Below, piece by piece: positions 41,455 to 50,541 of a stretch of 64,000 nt of DNA. The notes under the pieces are model-generated. The model saw only the letters and a list, made by a program, of their open reading frames with translations. It was not told the origin of the DNA and made no database searches. The DNA is from Pseudomonadota bacterium (GTDB taxonomy: Bacteria > Pseudomonadota > Gammaproteobacteria > Steroidobacterales > Steroidobacteraceae). Made by a program: the position numbers and the translations under genes. The first letter of the stretch is position 1. Every line of letters starts with the position of its first letter. Location: the NCBI GenBank assembly GCA_963204835.1, contig CAUJHJ010000007.1, forward strand, positions 23,762 through 87,761, given 5' to 3'.

Positions 41455-43602
41455 TCAGAACTTTCCGTAATAGCCCTCTTTGAGGGCGTCGAACAGGTTG
41501 GCGGCCGTGTGGGTTTCGCCGTCGTACTCGATCTCCTCGTCGCCGCGCGCCTCGACTTCGCTGCCGTCGTCGAGCGTGAACACATAGGTCGTGTTCTTCA
41601 GGTCTTCCTCCTTCACGAGCACGCCCTGGAACGCCTCCGGGTTGAAGCGGAAGGTGGTGCAGCCCTTGAGGTCCTTCTCGTGCGCGTAGAGGTAGATGTC
41701 CTTGAAGTCCTCGTATTTGTAGTCGGTCGGCACGTTGGCGGTCTTCGAGATCGAGGAGTCGACCCAGCGCTGCGCCGCGGCCTGGATATCGACGTGCTCG
41801 CGCGGCGTGATGTCGTCCGCCGCCGTGAAGTAGTCCGGCAGCTTCTCGCCCTCGGCATCGGCGCCGGGCATCGCGCGCGCGTTCACGAGCTCGCGGTAGG
41901 CGAGCAGCTCGAACGAGAACACGTCGATCTTTTCCTTGGTCTTGCGACCCGGGCGGATCACGTTGCGGAAGTAGTGGTGGGCGAACGAGGGCTCGATGCC
42001 GTTCGAGGCATTGTTCGCGAGCGACAGCGAGATCGTGCCGGTGGGCGCGATCGAGCTGTGGTGCGTGAAGCGCGCGCCCACCTCGGCGAGCTGCTCGACG
42101 AGCTTCGGCGCCACCGCGGCGATGCGCTGCATGTAGCGGCTGTACTTGGCGTGCAGCAGCCGCCCGGGGATGCGCGCGCCGGGCTTCCAGCCGTCGGCCG
42201 CCATCTCGGGCCGCTTGCGCAGCATCGCCTTCGTCACCTCGAACTCCTCGGTCATGATCGGCGCCGGGCCCTTTTCGCGCGACAGGTCGAGCGCCGCTTC
42301 CCAGCCCGCGACCGCCATTTCGCGCGCGATGTCCTCGGTGAACTTCACCGAGTCGGCCGAGCCGTACTTCATGCCGAGCAGCGTGATCGTGCTGCCGAGG
42401 CCGAGGAAGCCCATGCCGTGGCGGCGCTTGCGCAGGATTTCATTGCGCTGCTGCTCGAGCGGCAGGCCGTTCACCTCGACCACGTTGTCGAGCATGCGCG
42501 TGAACACGCGCACCACTTCGCGGTACTCGTTCCAGTCGAACTCGGCGAATTCCGTGAACGGGTTCCTGACGAACTGCGTGAGGTTCACCGAGCCGAGCAG
42601 GCAGGAGCCATAGGGCGGCAGCGGCTGTTCGCCGCAGGGATTGGTGGCGCGGATGTTCTCGCACCACCAGTTGTTGTTCAGCTCGTTGACCCGGTCGATC
42701 AGGATGAAGCCCGGTTCCGCGAAATCGTAGGTGGACGACATGATGACGTCCCACATGCGTCGCGCCGGCAGGGTCTTGTAGACCTTGCAGGCGACCAGGC
42801 CTTCGTCGGAGGTCACGTAGCTTTCAGTGGTCGGCCATTCGCGCCAGACGAACTTCGACGGGTCGGCGAGATCGGGCTGCTCGGCTTCGAACTCGCGCAC
42901 CGACAGCGGGAAGGCAAGCTGCCAATCGCGGTTCTCGCGCACGGCCTGCATGAATTCGTCGGTGACGAGGAGCGAGAGGTTGAACTGGCGCAGCCGGCCG
43001 TTCTCGCGCTTGGCGCGGATGAACTCCATGGCATCCGGATGGCCCACGTCGAAGGTGCCCATCTGCGCGCCGCGGCGGCCGCCCGCCGAGGACACGGTGA
43101 AACACATCTTGTCGTAGATATCCATGAACGACAGCGGGCCCGAGGTGTAGGCGCCCGCGCCCGTCACGTACGCCCCGCGCGGACGCAGGGTCGAGAATTC
43201 GTAGCCGATGCCGCAGCCGGCCTTGAGGGTGAGGCCCGCCTCATGGACCTTCTGCAGGATGTTGTCCATGGAGTCCCGGATTGTTCCGGATACCGTACAA
43301 TTAATAGTCGAAGTGGCCGGTTTGTGCTCCAAGGCACCCGCATTTGACGTCACACGACCCGCGGGAATGGCGCCATGGCGGAGCGCCCAGAGGAAGCGCT
43401 CGTTCCAGTGCTCGCGCACGGCGGGCGCCTCCACGTCGGCCAGCGCCCGGGCGACGCGCTGGTACGTGTGGTCCATGGTGGCGTCGACCGGCGAGCCGTC
43501 CTTCGCCGTGAGACGATATTTCTTGTCCCAGATGTCGAGCGAGGCTTCCTGGAAGGGAATGGCGCTCACGTCCTTGGGTTCGATTTTCACAACGCTGTTC
43601 AA
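41455..43602 (-). CDS. nrdJ: class II (B12-dependent) ribonucleotide reductase, large N-terminal subunit NrdJa
   Basis: RNR catalytic-barrel motifs (STINCTVSG, GGRRGAQMG, NPCGEQPLPPYGSCLLGSVNL, SSIAPTGTISL). Start set at the TTG at 43602, six nt after GGGGAG. The GTG at 43590 is the alternative. The track Met at 43707 is unlikely. Confidence 0.88.
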   Translation of the reverse strand: MNSVVKIEPKDVSAIPFQEASLDIWDKKYRLTAKDGSPVDATMDHTYQRVARALADVEAPAVREHWNERFLWALRHGAIPAGRVTSNAGALEHKPATSTINCTVSGTIRDSMDNILQKVHEAGLTLKAGCGIGYEFSTLRPRGAYVTGAGAYTSGPLSFMDIYDKMCFTVSSAGGRRGAQMGTFDVGHPDAMEFIRAKRENGRLRQFNLSLLVTDEFMQAVRENRDWQLAFPLSVREFEAEQPDLADPSKFVWREWPTTESYVTSDEGLVACKVYKTLPARRMWDVIMSSTYDFAEPGFILIDRVNELNNNWWCENIRATNPCGEQPLPPYGSCLLGSVNLTQFVRNPFTEFAEFDWNEYREVVRVFTRMLDNVVEVNGLPLEQQRNEILRKRRHGMGFLGLGSTITLLGMKYGSADSVKFTEDIAREMAVAGWEAALDLSREKGPAPIMTEEFEVTKAMLRKRPEMAADGWKPGARIPGRLLHAKYSRYMQRIAAVAPKLVEQLAEVGARFTHHSSIAPTGTISLSLANNASNGIEPSFAHHYFRNVIRPGRKTKEKIDVFSFELLAYRELVNARAMPGADAEGEKLPDYFTAADDITPREHVDIQAAAQRWVDSSISKTANVPTDYKYEDFKDIYLYAHEKDLKGCTTFRFNPEAFQGVLVKEEDLKNTTYVFTLDDGSEVEARGDEEIEYDGETHTAANLFDALKEGYYGKF

Positions 43603-43701
43603 ATGCCGCTCCCCAGATGTTCTTCTCAAAGCGGCGGCCCCGCCAGCTGACGGCGGCCACCCGGTTACCCCCAACCCGGGAGACCCTGCGCCGCAGCCGC
43701 G

Positions 43702-43717
43702 ACACAAGATCTTGTGT
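43702..43717. promoter_or_regulatory. NrdR-box-like perfect palindrome ACACAAGATCTTGTGT
   Basis: Perfect 16-bp palindrome. I count 14 of 16 matches to the NrdR-box consensus acaCwAtATaTwGtgt, about 100 nt upstream of the nrdJa start. Confidence 0.6.
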
Positions 43718-43727
43718 TGGGGTAAAG

Positions 43728-43756
43728 AGCCTAAATACGTGAAATCGGCCCGTCAA
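43728..43756 (-). promoter_or_regulatory. candidate proximal nrdJ promoter (TTGACG-N17-TAGGCT)
   Basis: The minus strand reads cgtcTTGACGggccgatttcacgtattTAGGCTctttacccca followed by the NrdR box. The box would therefore cover roughly +4 to +20. Confidence 0.35.
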
Positions 43757-43878
43757 GACGCTGCGCGCCGATCGTCTGTATAATTTTTTTCATTATATAT
43801 CAATATGTTACATCATCATATGCAGCCAAAGGCCGGACCGATTGCTGCAACTGCACAAGTGGCTGGCCGTGCATGACT

Positions 43879-43910
43879 TGTCTATATATTGTGGGTAAGT
43901 CGGGCGGCAA
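43879..43910 (-). promoter_or_regulatory. second NrdR-box-like site (43879-43894) overlapping the -10 of a candidate distal promoter (TTGCCG-N16-TATATA)
   Basis: The minus strand reads TTGCCGcccgacttacccacaaTATATAgaca. The 16-mer CCACAATATATAGACA matches 12 of 16 positions of the NrdR consensus. Confidence 0.4.
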
Positions 43911-43916
43911 GAAGCA

Positions 43917-43944
43917 CTTGAAATGTGATTTCGGGGCCGCAAAT
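43917..43944 (+). promoter_or_regulatory. sigma32-like promoter of the small heat-shock gene (CTTGAAA-N13-CCGCAAAT)
   Basis: Read directly from the sequence, 54 nt upstream of the hsp20 ATG. The -35 element matches the RpoH consensus exactly, but the -10 is weaker. Confidence 0.4.
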
Positions 43945-43997
43945 CAGGCTCAGGCGCCACGAGCGCAACCTCATCCCAAGAACCGGAGACTGCCGCA

Positions 43998-44363
43998 ATG
44001 AGCCTGACATCCTACGAACCCTGGCAACTGGTCTCGCGCCTGCAGCGCGAGTTCGACCGCAGCTACGCCTGGCTGCCCACCGTCGACGTGACGGAGGACG
44101 ATGCGCGCTATCTCGTGCGCGCGGACCTGCCGGGCGTCGAGCAGAAGGACATCGAGATCACCGCCGACCAGGGCGTGCTGACGTTACGTGGCGTGCGCCA
44201 CTACGAAAAGCGTGGCGAGTCGAACTTCCTGCGCCGTTTCACCCTGCCCGAGAATGCGCAGGTCGGGCAGATCAAGGCTCGCCACGTGAACGGCGTCCTC
44301 GAAGTGTCGATCCCGAAGCAGCCGAAGATCGAGCCGAAGCGCATCACGGTCGAGGCGGCCTGA
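43998..44363 (+). CDS. Hsp20/alpha-crystallin small heat-shock protein
   Basis: WLPTVDVTEDDARYLVRADLPGVEQKDIEITADQGVLTLRG...FLRRFTLPENAQVGQIKARHVNGVLEVSIPK. GGAG RBS. Confidence 0.88.
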   Translation: MSLTSYEPWQLVSRLQREFDRSYAWLPTVDVTEDDARYLVRADLPGVEQKDIEITADQGVLTLRGVRHYEKRGESNFLRRFTLPENAQVGQIKARHVNGVLEVSIPKQPKIEPKRITVEAA

Positions 44364-44403
44364 GCCGCCCGCGGGAGAGGCCCTCCCCCGTCCTCTCCCG
44401 CAA

Positions 44404-44433
44404 GGCGGGCGGCACACGCCGCCCGCCTTTCTT
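44404..44433 (+). terminator. rho-independent terminator after hsp20
   Basis: 10-bp GC stem ggcgggcggc/gccgcccgcc with loop acac, followed by TTTCTT. Confidence 0.75.
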
Positions 44434-44449
44434 CGTGAAATGCGGCCCT

Positions 44450-44458
44450 TGCTAGAAT
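44450..44458 (+). promoter_or_regulatory. extended -10 element TGcTAGAAT immediately upstream of degP
   Basis: The TAGAAT hexamer ends 7 nt before the ATG at 44466, and there is no Shine-Dalgarno sequence between them. Confidence 0.35.
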
Positions 44459-44465
44459 CGGCCGC

Positions 44466-45836
44466 ATGAACATTCGCACAGCCGTCATCGCCCTGGTTTT
44501 CGCGCTGGCCCCGCTTGCCCTGTCGCAACCGGCCGCGGCCCAGGGCGCTGCCCCGGTACCGACCCTGGCGCCGATCGTCAAGCGCGTCTCGCCGGCCGTC
44601 GTCAACATCGCCACCCGCGGCACGATCAAGCAGCGCGGCCCGCAGAACCCGCTGCTCGACGATCCCTTCTTCCGCCGCTTCTTCGACGTGCCGCCGGGCG
44701 GCGGGCTGCGCGAGCGGCAGTTCCAGAGCGCGGGCTCCGGCGTGATCGTCGATGCGAAGAACGGCTACGTCCTCACCAATGCGCACGTCATCGAGAACGC
44801 AAGCGAGATCACCGTCACCCTGCAGGACGGCACCGACCTCAAGGCGGACGTCGTCGGCAGCGACGCACCCTCCGATGTCGCAGTCCTGAAGGTCAGGCAC
44901 GACGGCCTGGTGCAGCTGTCATTCGGCGACTCGAGCCGGCTCGAAGTCGGCGACTACGTGGTGGCGATCGGCAATCCCTTCGGGCTGCAGCACACGGTGA
45001 CGCAGGGCATCGTCAGCGGGCTGTCGCGCTCGGGCATCACCGACGGCTACGAGGACTTCATCCAGACCGACGCCTCGATCAATCCGGGCAATTCCGGCGG
45101 CGCGCTCGTCAACTTGCGCGGCGAACTCGTCGGCATCAACACCGCGATCCTCTCGCGCAGCGGCGGCAACATCGGCATCGGCTTCGCGATCCCGGCGAAC
45201 ATGGCGAAGAACGTCATGGAGCAGCTCGTGAAGTACGGCGCGGTCAAGCGCGGCCTGCTCGGCGTCAGCGTCTACACCGTGACGCCCGACATCGCGCAAT
45301 CGCTCGGGCTCAAGGACACGAACGGCGCGCTCGTCTCGGAGGTCGTGCAGGGCTCGCCCGCCGACGGCGCCGGCATCCGGCCCGGCGACGTGGTCACCTC
45401 GATCAACGGCCAGGGCGTGAAATCCAATACCGACCTGCAGAACGCCATCGGCCTGCTGCGGGTCGGCGACAAGGTCGACATCGGCTATATCCGCGACGGC
45501 AAGGCCCGGCGCGCCACCGCGGTCATCGCGGAAACGCCCGCGGACGACGCGGCGCGCGACGACGAGGGCGACACCGAAGCCGCCCCCGAGCTGCACCGCG
45601 GGCTCGTCGGTGCGCAGCTCGCCGATGCACCGAATGCCGGTGGCGTGCAGGTGCGCGCCATCGCGGCCGGCAGCCCCGCGTCGCTTGCCGGCCTGCGCGC
45701 GAACGACGTGATCGTGAAGGCCAACCGGACGCTGGTCGGCAACCTGAAGAACCTGCGCGAGGCGGCGCGCGGCGCGACATCGCTCGTACTCACGGTCCGC
45801 CGCGGCAACACCGCGCTGCTCATCCCGCTGCGCTGA
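44466..45836 (+). CDS. degP: periplasmic serine endoprotease DegP/DegQ/MucD (trypsin domain plus two PDZ domains)
   Basis: Signal peptide. Catalytic triad context TNAHVI, DVAVLKV and GNSGGALVN. Two PDZ-like segments. Confidence 0.9.
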   Translation: MNIRTAVIALVFALAPLALSQPAAAQGAAPVPTLAPIVKRVSPAVVNIATRGTIKQRGPQNPLLDDPFFRRFFDVPPGGGLRERQFQSAGSGVIVDAKNGYVLTNAHVIENASEITVTLQDGTDLKADVVGSDAPSDVAVLKVRHDGLVQLSFGDSSRLEVGDYVVAIGNPFGLQHTVTQGIVSGLSRSGITDGYEDFIQTDASINPGNSGGALVNLRGELVGINTAILSRSGGNIGIGFAIPANMAKNVMEQLVKYGAVKRGLLGVSVYTVTPDIAQSLGLKDTNGALVSEVVQGSPADGAGIRPGDVVTSINGQGVKSNTDLQNAIGLLRVGDKVDIGYIRDGKARRATAVIAETPADDAARDDEGDTEAAPELHRGLVGAQLADAPNAGGVQVRAIAAGSPASLAGLRANDVIVKANRTLVGNLKNLREAARGATSLVLTVRRGNTALLIPLR

Positions 45837-45870
45837 GCGGCGCCCTGCGCTGGCCCGTGCCCTGCGCCGG

Positions 45871-46905
45871 TCAGCGGGCGCAAAGCGCCGCGCGCTCCGC
45901 GGCGGGGCCGGCGGCCAGCCCTTTCACGGCCGCATAGAATCGAGGCAGGTCGCCGTCACTCGCCCGCAGCACGCGCTCGAAACCCGGCACGCAGCCGTAG
46001 TAGGTCGCGACGGAAGCGAGCACCGCGTTGTTGAGGCCGGTATCGAACCAGCGCGCGTAGCCGCTCGCGAGCCCGGTGCGCCGCTCGTGGGCGCGCAGTT
46101 CGTCGGCGAGCCCGCGCAGGATCGCGCGCTTGTCGACGCGCATGACGGCCGGCGCGATCGGCTCGGCGTACAGGCGGCGCAACCGGGCGCGCGTGGCGGC
46201 CATCAGCGCCGCAACTTCCGCCTGGGCAGCGCGCCGCCGGCGCCACTCCGCGAGCGCTTCCGGCCGGCCGCGCGCGGCGAGCCAGCGCGTCAGCCCCTCC
46301 TGCTCGACCGTCACCGCGAACGCTTCGTTGAACGCCGAGTCGCCCGGCACGTAGACCACCTGGTGCGCAAGCTCATGGAAGATCAGCGCGGCGAGCTGCA
46401 CGTCGCCGTAGGCGAGCATGCTTGAGAGCACCGGGTCGGCGAACCGGCCGAGGGTCGAGTAGGCGGCCACGCCGCCCAGCGCCACGTCGTAGCCGCGCGA
46501 CTCGAGCGTCAGGGAGTAGTCGCGGGCGCGGCGCTCGCTGAAATAGCCGCGATATGCCACGCAACCCGCCACCGGAAAGCACCACTCGCGTGGTGCGACC
46601 GAGAACTCCGGCGCCGCCACCACGTTCCAGACGGCGTACTCGCGATCGATCGCTGCGTATTGCCGGTAACTTGCATTGTCCGGCAACGCGAGCTCGCGCG
46701 ATGCGAAATCGCGCGCGGCGGCGACCGTCTCGAGCCGCGCGCGCAGCGCAGGTGGTGTCGCCGGATCGGCCTCGACCGCGGCGATCGGCCGGCGGGCGGC
46801 CATCACCTGCCACTGGCCCGCGGCCGCCTGCGCGAAATAGAGCGTGCCGCAGCCGGACAGCGGCAACACCAGGAGGCACGCGAGTAGCCGGGCGTCGAGT
46901 AACAT
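45871..46905 (-). CDS. predicted zinc aminopeptidase lipoprotein (COG4324-like)
   Basis: Lipobox LPLSGC and HExxH motif (FHELAHQ). The ATG at 46905 was checked. The 759-aa track ORF is an antisense-of-cca over-extension. Confidence 0.75.
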   Translation of the reverse strand: MLLDARLLACLLVLPLSGCGTLYFAQAAAGQWQVMAARRPIAAVEADPATPPALRARLETVAAARDFASRELALPDNASYRQYAAIDREYAVWNVVAAPEFSVAPREWCFPVAGCVAYRGYFSERRARDYSLTLESRGYDVALGGVAAYSTLGRFADPVLSSMLAYGDVQLAALIFHELAHQVVYVPGDSAFNEAFAVTVEQEGLTRWLAARGRPEALAEWRRRRAAQAEVAALMAATRARLRRLYAEPIAPAVMRVDKRAILRGLADELRAHERRTGLASGYARWFDTGLNNAVLASVATYYGCVPGFERVLRASDGDLPRFYAAVKGLAAGPAAERAALCAR

Positions 46906-46911
46906 GCGCGC

Positions 46912-48159
46912 ATGCAAGTGTACTTGGTCGGTGGCGCCGTCCGGGACGCGGCCCTCGGGCTGCCCGTGCGCGAGCGCGATTGGGTGGTGGTCGGCGCGAC
47001 GCCAGCGGAACTCTCGCGCGCGGGCTACACGGCCGTCGGGCGCGAATTTCCGGTTTTCCTGCACCCCGACACGAAGGAAGAGCACGCGCTCGCGCGCCTC
47101 GAGCGCAAGACCGGCCCCGGCTACCGCGGCTTCGTCACCGAATTCTCCCCCGACGTGACGCTCGAGGACGACCTCCTGCGCCGCGACCTCACCGTCAACG
47201 CGATGGCGCGCACGGCTGGCGGCGAACTCGTCGATCCGTACGGCGGCCTGCGCGATCTCGAGGCGCGCGTGCTGCGGCACGTATCGCCCGCCTTCACCGA
47301 GGACCCGGTGCGCATCCTGCGCGTCGCGCGCTTCGCGGCGCGCTTTGCGCCGCTCGGCTTCACCGTCGCGCCGGAAACCCTGGAGCTGATGCGCACCATG
47401 GTCGCGAGCGGCGAGGCCGCCGCGCTGGTCGCGGAACGCGTGTGGCAGGAAGCGGCGCGCGCGCTCGCCTGCGAGCGCCCGCAGGTGTTCTTCGAGGTGT
47501 TGCGCGCCTGCGGCGCGCTCGCGGTGATATTCCCCGAGATCGACGCCCTTTTCGGCGTGCCGCAGCCGGAAAAATGGCACCCGGAGATCGACTCGGGCGT
47601 GCACACGATGATGGTGCTCGGTCAGGCCGCGCGGCTGTCGCCGGCACCCACGGTTCGCTTCGCAGCGCTGACGCACGACCTCGGCAAGGCGAAAACGCCG
47701 CGCGAGCGCTGGCCGATGCACCACGGGCACGAAGTGGCGAGCGTCGCGCTCGTCGATGCGCTGTGCGATCGCCTGAAGGTACCTAACGAGCATCGCGAAC
47801 TCGGCAAGCTCGCGGCGCGCTACCACTGCGACGTGCACCGCGCCGGCGAGCTGCGCGCCGCGACCATCCTCACGATGTTCGAGCGCTGCGACGCCTTCCG
47901 CCGCCCCGAGCGTTACGAAGAGCTGCTGCTTGCCTGCGAAGCCGACGCGCGCGGGCGCCTCGGCTTCGAGGAGCGCCCCTATCCGCAGGCGGACTACCTG
48001 CGCGGCTGCCTCGCCGCGGCGAGGGCGGTCGTGCTCGACGAGGCGGCCCGCGCCGGCCTCGACGGCGCGCAGATCGGCGTGCGGCTGCACGAGCTGCGCG
48101 CGCGGGCCATCGCCGCCGTCAAAGCTGGCGCCGCAGGTCCTGCAGCGCAAATCCGCTGA
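46912..48159 (+). CDS. cca: multifunctional CCA-adding tRNA nucleotidyltransferase / phosphohydrolase
   Basis: [28 protein letters not shown]...[10 protein letters not shown] plus the HD domain ([13 protein letters not shown]). Confidence 0.9.
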   Translation: MQVYLVGGAVRDAALGLPVRERDWVVVGATPAELSRAGYTAVGREFPVFLHPDTKEEHALARLERKTGPGYRGFVTEFSPDVTLEDDLLRRDLTVNAMARTAGGELVDPYGGLRDLEARVLRHVSPAFTEDPVRILRVARFAARFAPLGFTVAPETLELMRTMVASGEAAALVAERVWQEAARALACERPQVFFEVLRACGALAVIFPEIDALFGVPQPEKWHPEIDSGVHTMMVLGQAARLSPAPTVRFAALTHDLGKAKTPRERWPMHHGHEVASVALVDALCDRLKVPNEHRELGKLAARYHCDVHRAGELRAATILTMFERCDAFRRPERYEELLLACEADARGRLGFEERPYPQADYLRGCLAAARAVVLDEAARAGLDGAQIGVRLHELRARAIAAVKAGAAGPAAQIR

Positions 48160-49267
48160 GCGGCAGGTCGAGCCCGCGCGTCAACGCGATCGCCTTGAAG
48201 GACTCGCCCATTTCGTCCGGCATCAGCAGTTGCCGCGCCTCGGCCGCGCGCGCGTAGCGCGCCGTGCCGTCGGCCTCGCCCGCGACATCCCGCTCGATGC
48301 CGAGCGCGAGCAGCAGCGCCGCCTGCGTCGTGAACCCAGCCACCTCGAGCCCCGCGTCCACGGCCGCTTCGGCGACCGCGGTGAAATCGACCCAGGCCGT
48401 GATGTCCTGCAGCCCGATCCTCGCGAAAGGTTCGCCGTGGGCACGGTGGCGGAAGTGGCACAGCAACGTGCCCTCCGTGCGGTCAGGGTGATAGAGCGCG
48501 CCGCGCGGCAGGCCATAGTCGCAGGCGAGCACGAGGCCGCGCCCGAGGCAGGCGGCAACGCTCGCGACCCACGGATGGAGCGATGGACACAGCTCGCCGC
48601 GGTAACCGTCAGGCAACGCATGCGCCTCGAGCCCCTCCGGCAGGCCCAGCCATTCATCGAGCTCGACTTCGTGCAGGGCGCCGCCGGGGCCCGCGCCAAC
48701 GCCGAGGCGCCGCGCGCGGCCGCCGCGCATGACGAAGCGTTCGCAGGGCAACGCATCGAGCACTTCGTTGGCGAGCACCACGCCCGGCAGAGCCACATCC
48801 GGCAGGTGATCGAGCCACGCCACGCGGCGCGCGAGCGCGGGATCGAGCCGCGCGAGCTTCTCCTGCTGCCGCGCGCGCAGATCCCCGCTGACTTCAAGGA
48901 TGAAATATCGCTCGGGCAGTGCGCCGAGCGCCGCGAGCGACTCGAGCACCGTGGCCGCGAGCGCACCGGTACCCGCGCCGAACTCCAGGATCGAGCCGCC
49001 GGTCACGGCGAGCACCTCGCGGCACTGGCGCGCGAGGCAACGGCCGAAGAGCGGCGAAATCTCGGGGGCGGTCGTGAAATCGCCGCCGGCACCGAACTTG
49101 CGCGCGCCCGCGCTGTAGTAGCCGAGGCCGGGTGCGTAGAGCGCGAGCGACATGAACTCGGCGAACGGCAGCGCACCGCCCGCGGCCGCGATGCGCGCGC
49201 GGATCGCATCGAGCACGCGCGCGGCGTGCGCCTGCTCGTCGGTGGTCAGTGTAAGCTCAGGCGCCAT
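48119..49267 (-). CDS. MidA/NDUFAF7-family SAM-dependent methyltransferase (DUF185)
   Basis: [17 protein letters not shown]...[14 protein letters not shown]...[12 protein letters not shown]...ANEVLDALP. Start set at the ATG at 49267. Confidence 0.8.
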   Translation of the reverse strand: MAPELTLTTDEQAHAARVLDAIRARIAAAGGALPFAEFMSLALYAPGLGYYSAGARKFGAGGDFTTAPEISPLFGRCLARQCREVLAVTGGSILEFGAGTGALAATVLESLAALGALPERYFILEVSGDLRARQQEKLARLDPALARRVAWLDHLPDVALPGVVLANEVLDALPCERFVMRGGRARRLGVGAGPGGALHEVELDEWLGLPEGLEAHALPDGYRGELCPSLHPWVASVAACLGRGLVLACDYGLPRGALYHPDRTEGTLLCHFRHRAHGEPFARIGLQDITAWVDFTAVAEAAVDAGLEVAGFTTQAALLLALGIERDVAGEADGTARYARAAEARQLLMPDEMGESFKAIALTRGLDLPLSGFALQDLRRQL

Positions 49268-50030
49268 GGCCACGACGAGCGACCTTTCTTCTCCCCTCGC
49301 CGGCAAGTCCGTGCTGGTCACGGGCGGCGCACGACGCGTGGGCGCGGAAATCGTGCGCACGCTGCACGCGGCGGGCGCGAACGTGGCCGTGCACTACCGC
49401 AATTCGGCCGCCGATGCCACGGCGCTCGTCGCTGCGTTGAATGACGCGCGCCCCCGTTCCGCGACCGGCATCGCGGCGGACCTGCTCGATGCCGCGAGCC
49501 TGCCGCGGCTCGTCGAGGCGTGCATCGCGGCTTTCGGCCGCCTCGACGTGCTCGTCAACAACGCCTCGACCTTCTATCCGACGCCGCTCGGCGAGATTTC
49601 CGCGGCGCATTGGGACGACCTTCTCGGCACGAACCTCAAGGCGCCGCTCTTCCTGTCGCAGGCGGCGGCGGGCGCGCTGCGCGCCGCGCAGGGCCTCATC
49701 GTCAATATCGCCGACATCCACGGCCAACGACCGCTGCGCCACCACACCACCTACTCGATCGCGAAGGCCGGCCTCGTGATGCTGACCCGTTCGCTCGCGC
49801 GCGAGCTCGCGCCCGAGGTGCGCGTCAATGCGATCGCGCCGGGGCCGGTGATGTGGCCGGTGGGCGGCGCGGATGAAGCGCTGCAGGCGGAGATCGTCGC
49901 GCGCACGGCCTTGAAGCGCCTCGGTTCGCCGCGTGATGTCGCCCTCGCCGCCCGCTATTTCGCGGTCGACGCGCCGTTCGTGACGGGCCAGGTGCTGGCG
50001 GTCGACGGCGGACGAAGCGTCGCCTGGTAG
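49266..50030 (+). CDS. short-chain dehydrogenase, pteridine reductase / FolM-like
   Basis: VLVTGGARRVGAEI (TGxxxxxG), NNAS and YSIAKAG (YxxxK). It lies next to folK and folB. Confidence 0.8.
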   Translation: MATTSDLSSPLAGKSVLVTGGARRVGAEIVRTLHAAGANVAVHYRNSAADATALVAALNDARPRSATGIAADLLDAASLPRLVEACIAAFGRLDVLVNNASTFYPTPLGEISAAHWDDLLGTNLKAPLFLSQAAAGALRAAQGLIVNIADIHGQRPLRHHTTYSIAKAGLVMLTRSLARELAPEVRVNAIAPGPVMWPVGGADEALQAEIVARTALKRLGSPRDVALAARYFAVDAPFVTGQVLAVDGGRSVAW

Positions 50031-50043
50031 CGCGGGCATCCGT

Positions 50044-50541
50044 TCAGTTCCCGGGCGGCGCGGGCGCGAGCGCCACCGGCACGAGGGCGTGCGCGTCGCG
50101 ATCGAAGCGCGACCAGAGTTCGGCAAGCGTGAGCCCGAGCGTCGGGTGCCGCATGCCCGGAGCGACCTGCGCCGCCGGCCCGAGCATATAGGGGCGCCTG
50201 GCGAGATCGGGCCGCGGCAGGCGCAGGCCGGGGGCTTCGAGATCGCCATAGAGCAGCAAGTCGAGGTCCATCGAACGCGGCGCCCATTTCGGCGCGTCGC
50301 GCTCCCGGCCGCAGAGCGCCTCGATCGCATGCAGGCGCTCGAGGATCGCCTGGGGCGGCAGTCCGGTGTCGAAGGCCGCGACCAAATTGATGAAGTCCTC
50401 ACCCTCGAAGCCGACCGCGGCGTTGCGATAGGCGGTCGAGAAGCGCACGCCGGGAAACGCCACGGCGAGCTCGCGCATCGCGGTGGCGAGCCGGCGTCCC
50501 GGCTCGACGTTGCTGCCCGCCGCGACCAGGACCTGGGTCAT
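50044..50541 (-). CDS. folK: 2-amino-4-hydroxy-6-hydroxymethyldihydropteridine pyrophosphokinase
   Basis: VLVAAGSN...WAPRSMDLDLLLYGD...LRLPRPDL..RPYML. ATGA overlap with the folB stop. Confidence 0.88.
   Translation of the reverse strand: MTQVLVAAGSNVEPGRRLATAMRELAVAFPGVRFSTAYRNAAVGFEGEDFINLVAAFDTGLPPQAILERLHAIEALCGRERDAPKWAPRSMDLDLLLYGDLEAPGLRLPRPDLARRPYMLGPAAQVAPGMRHPTLGLTLAELWSRFDRDAHALVPVALAPAPPGN

Noticed and set aside
43665-43690. B12-box-like string (CCCGGGAGACCCTGCGCC) near nrdJ.
   Set aside because: It lies on the strand opposite to nrdJ transcription. It has an insertion relative to the B12-box consensus, and the other conserved riboswitch elements were not seen.
43789-43803. FNR/Anr-like TTCAT-N5-ATCAA in the AT island upstream of nrdJ.
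   Set aside because: The consensus is TTGAT-N4-ATCAA. Here the spacer is 5 nt and one arm is mismatched.
45871-48150. 759-aa ORF that would fuse the aminopeptidase to about 415 upstream residues.
   Set aside because: The upstream part is antisense to cca. A lipoprotein signal peptide starts at the internal Met (46905).
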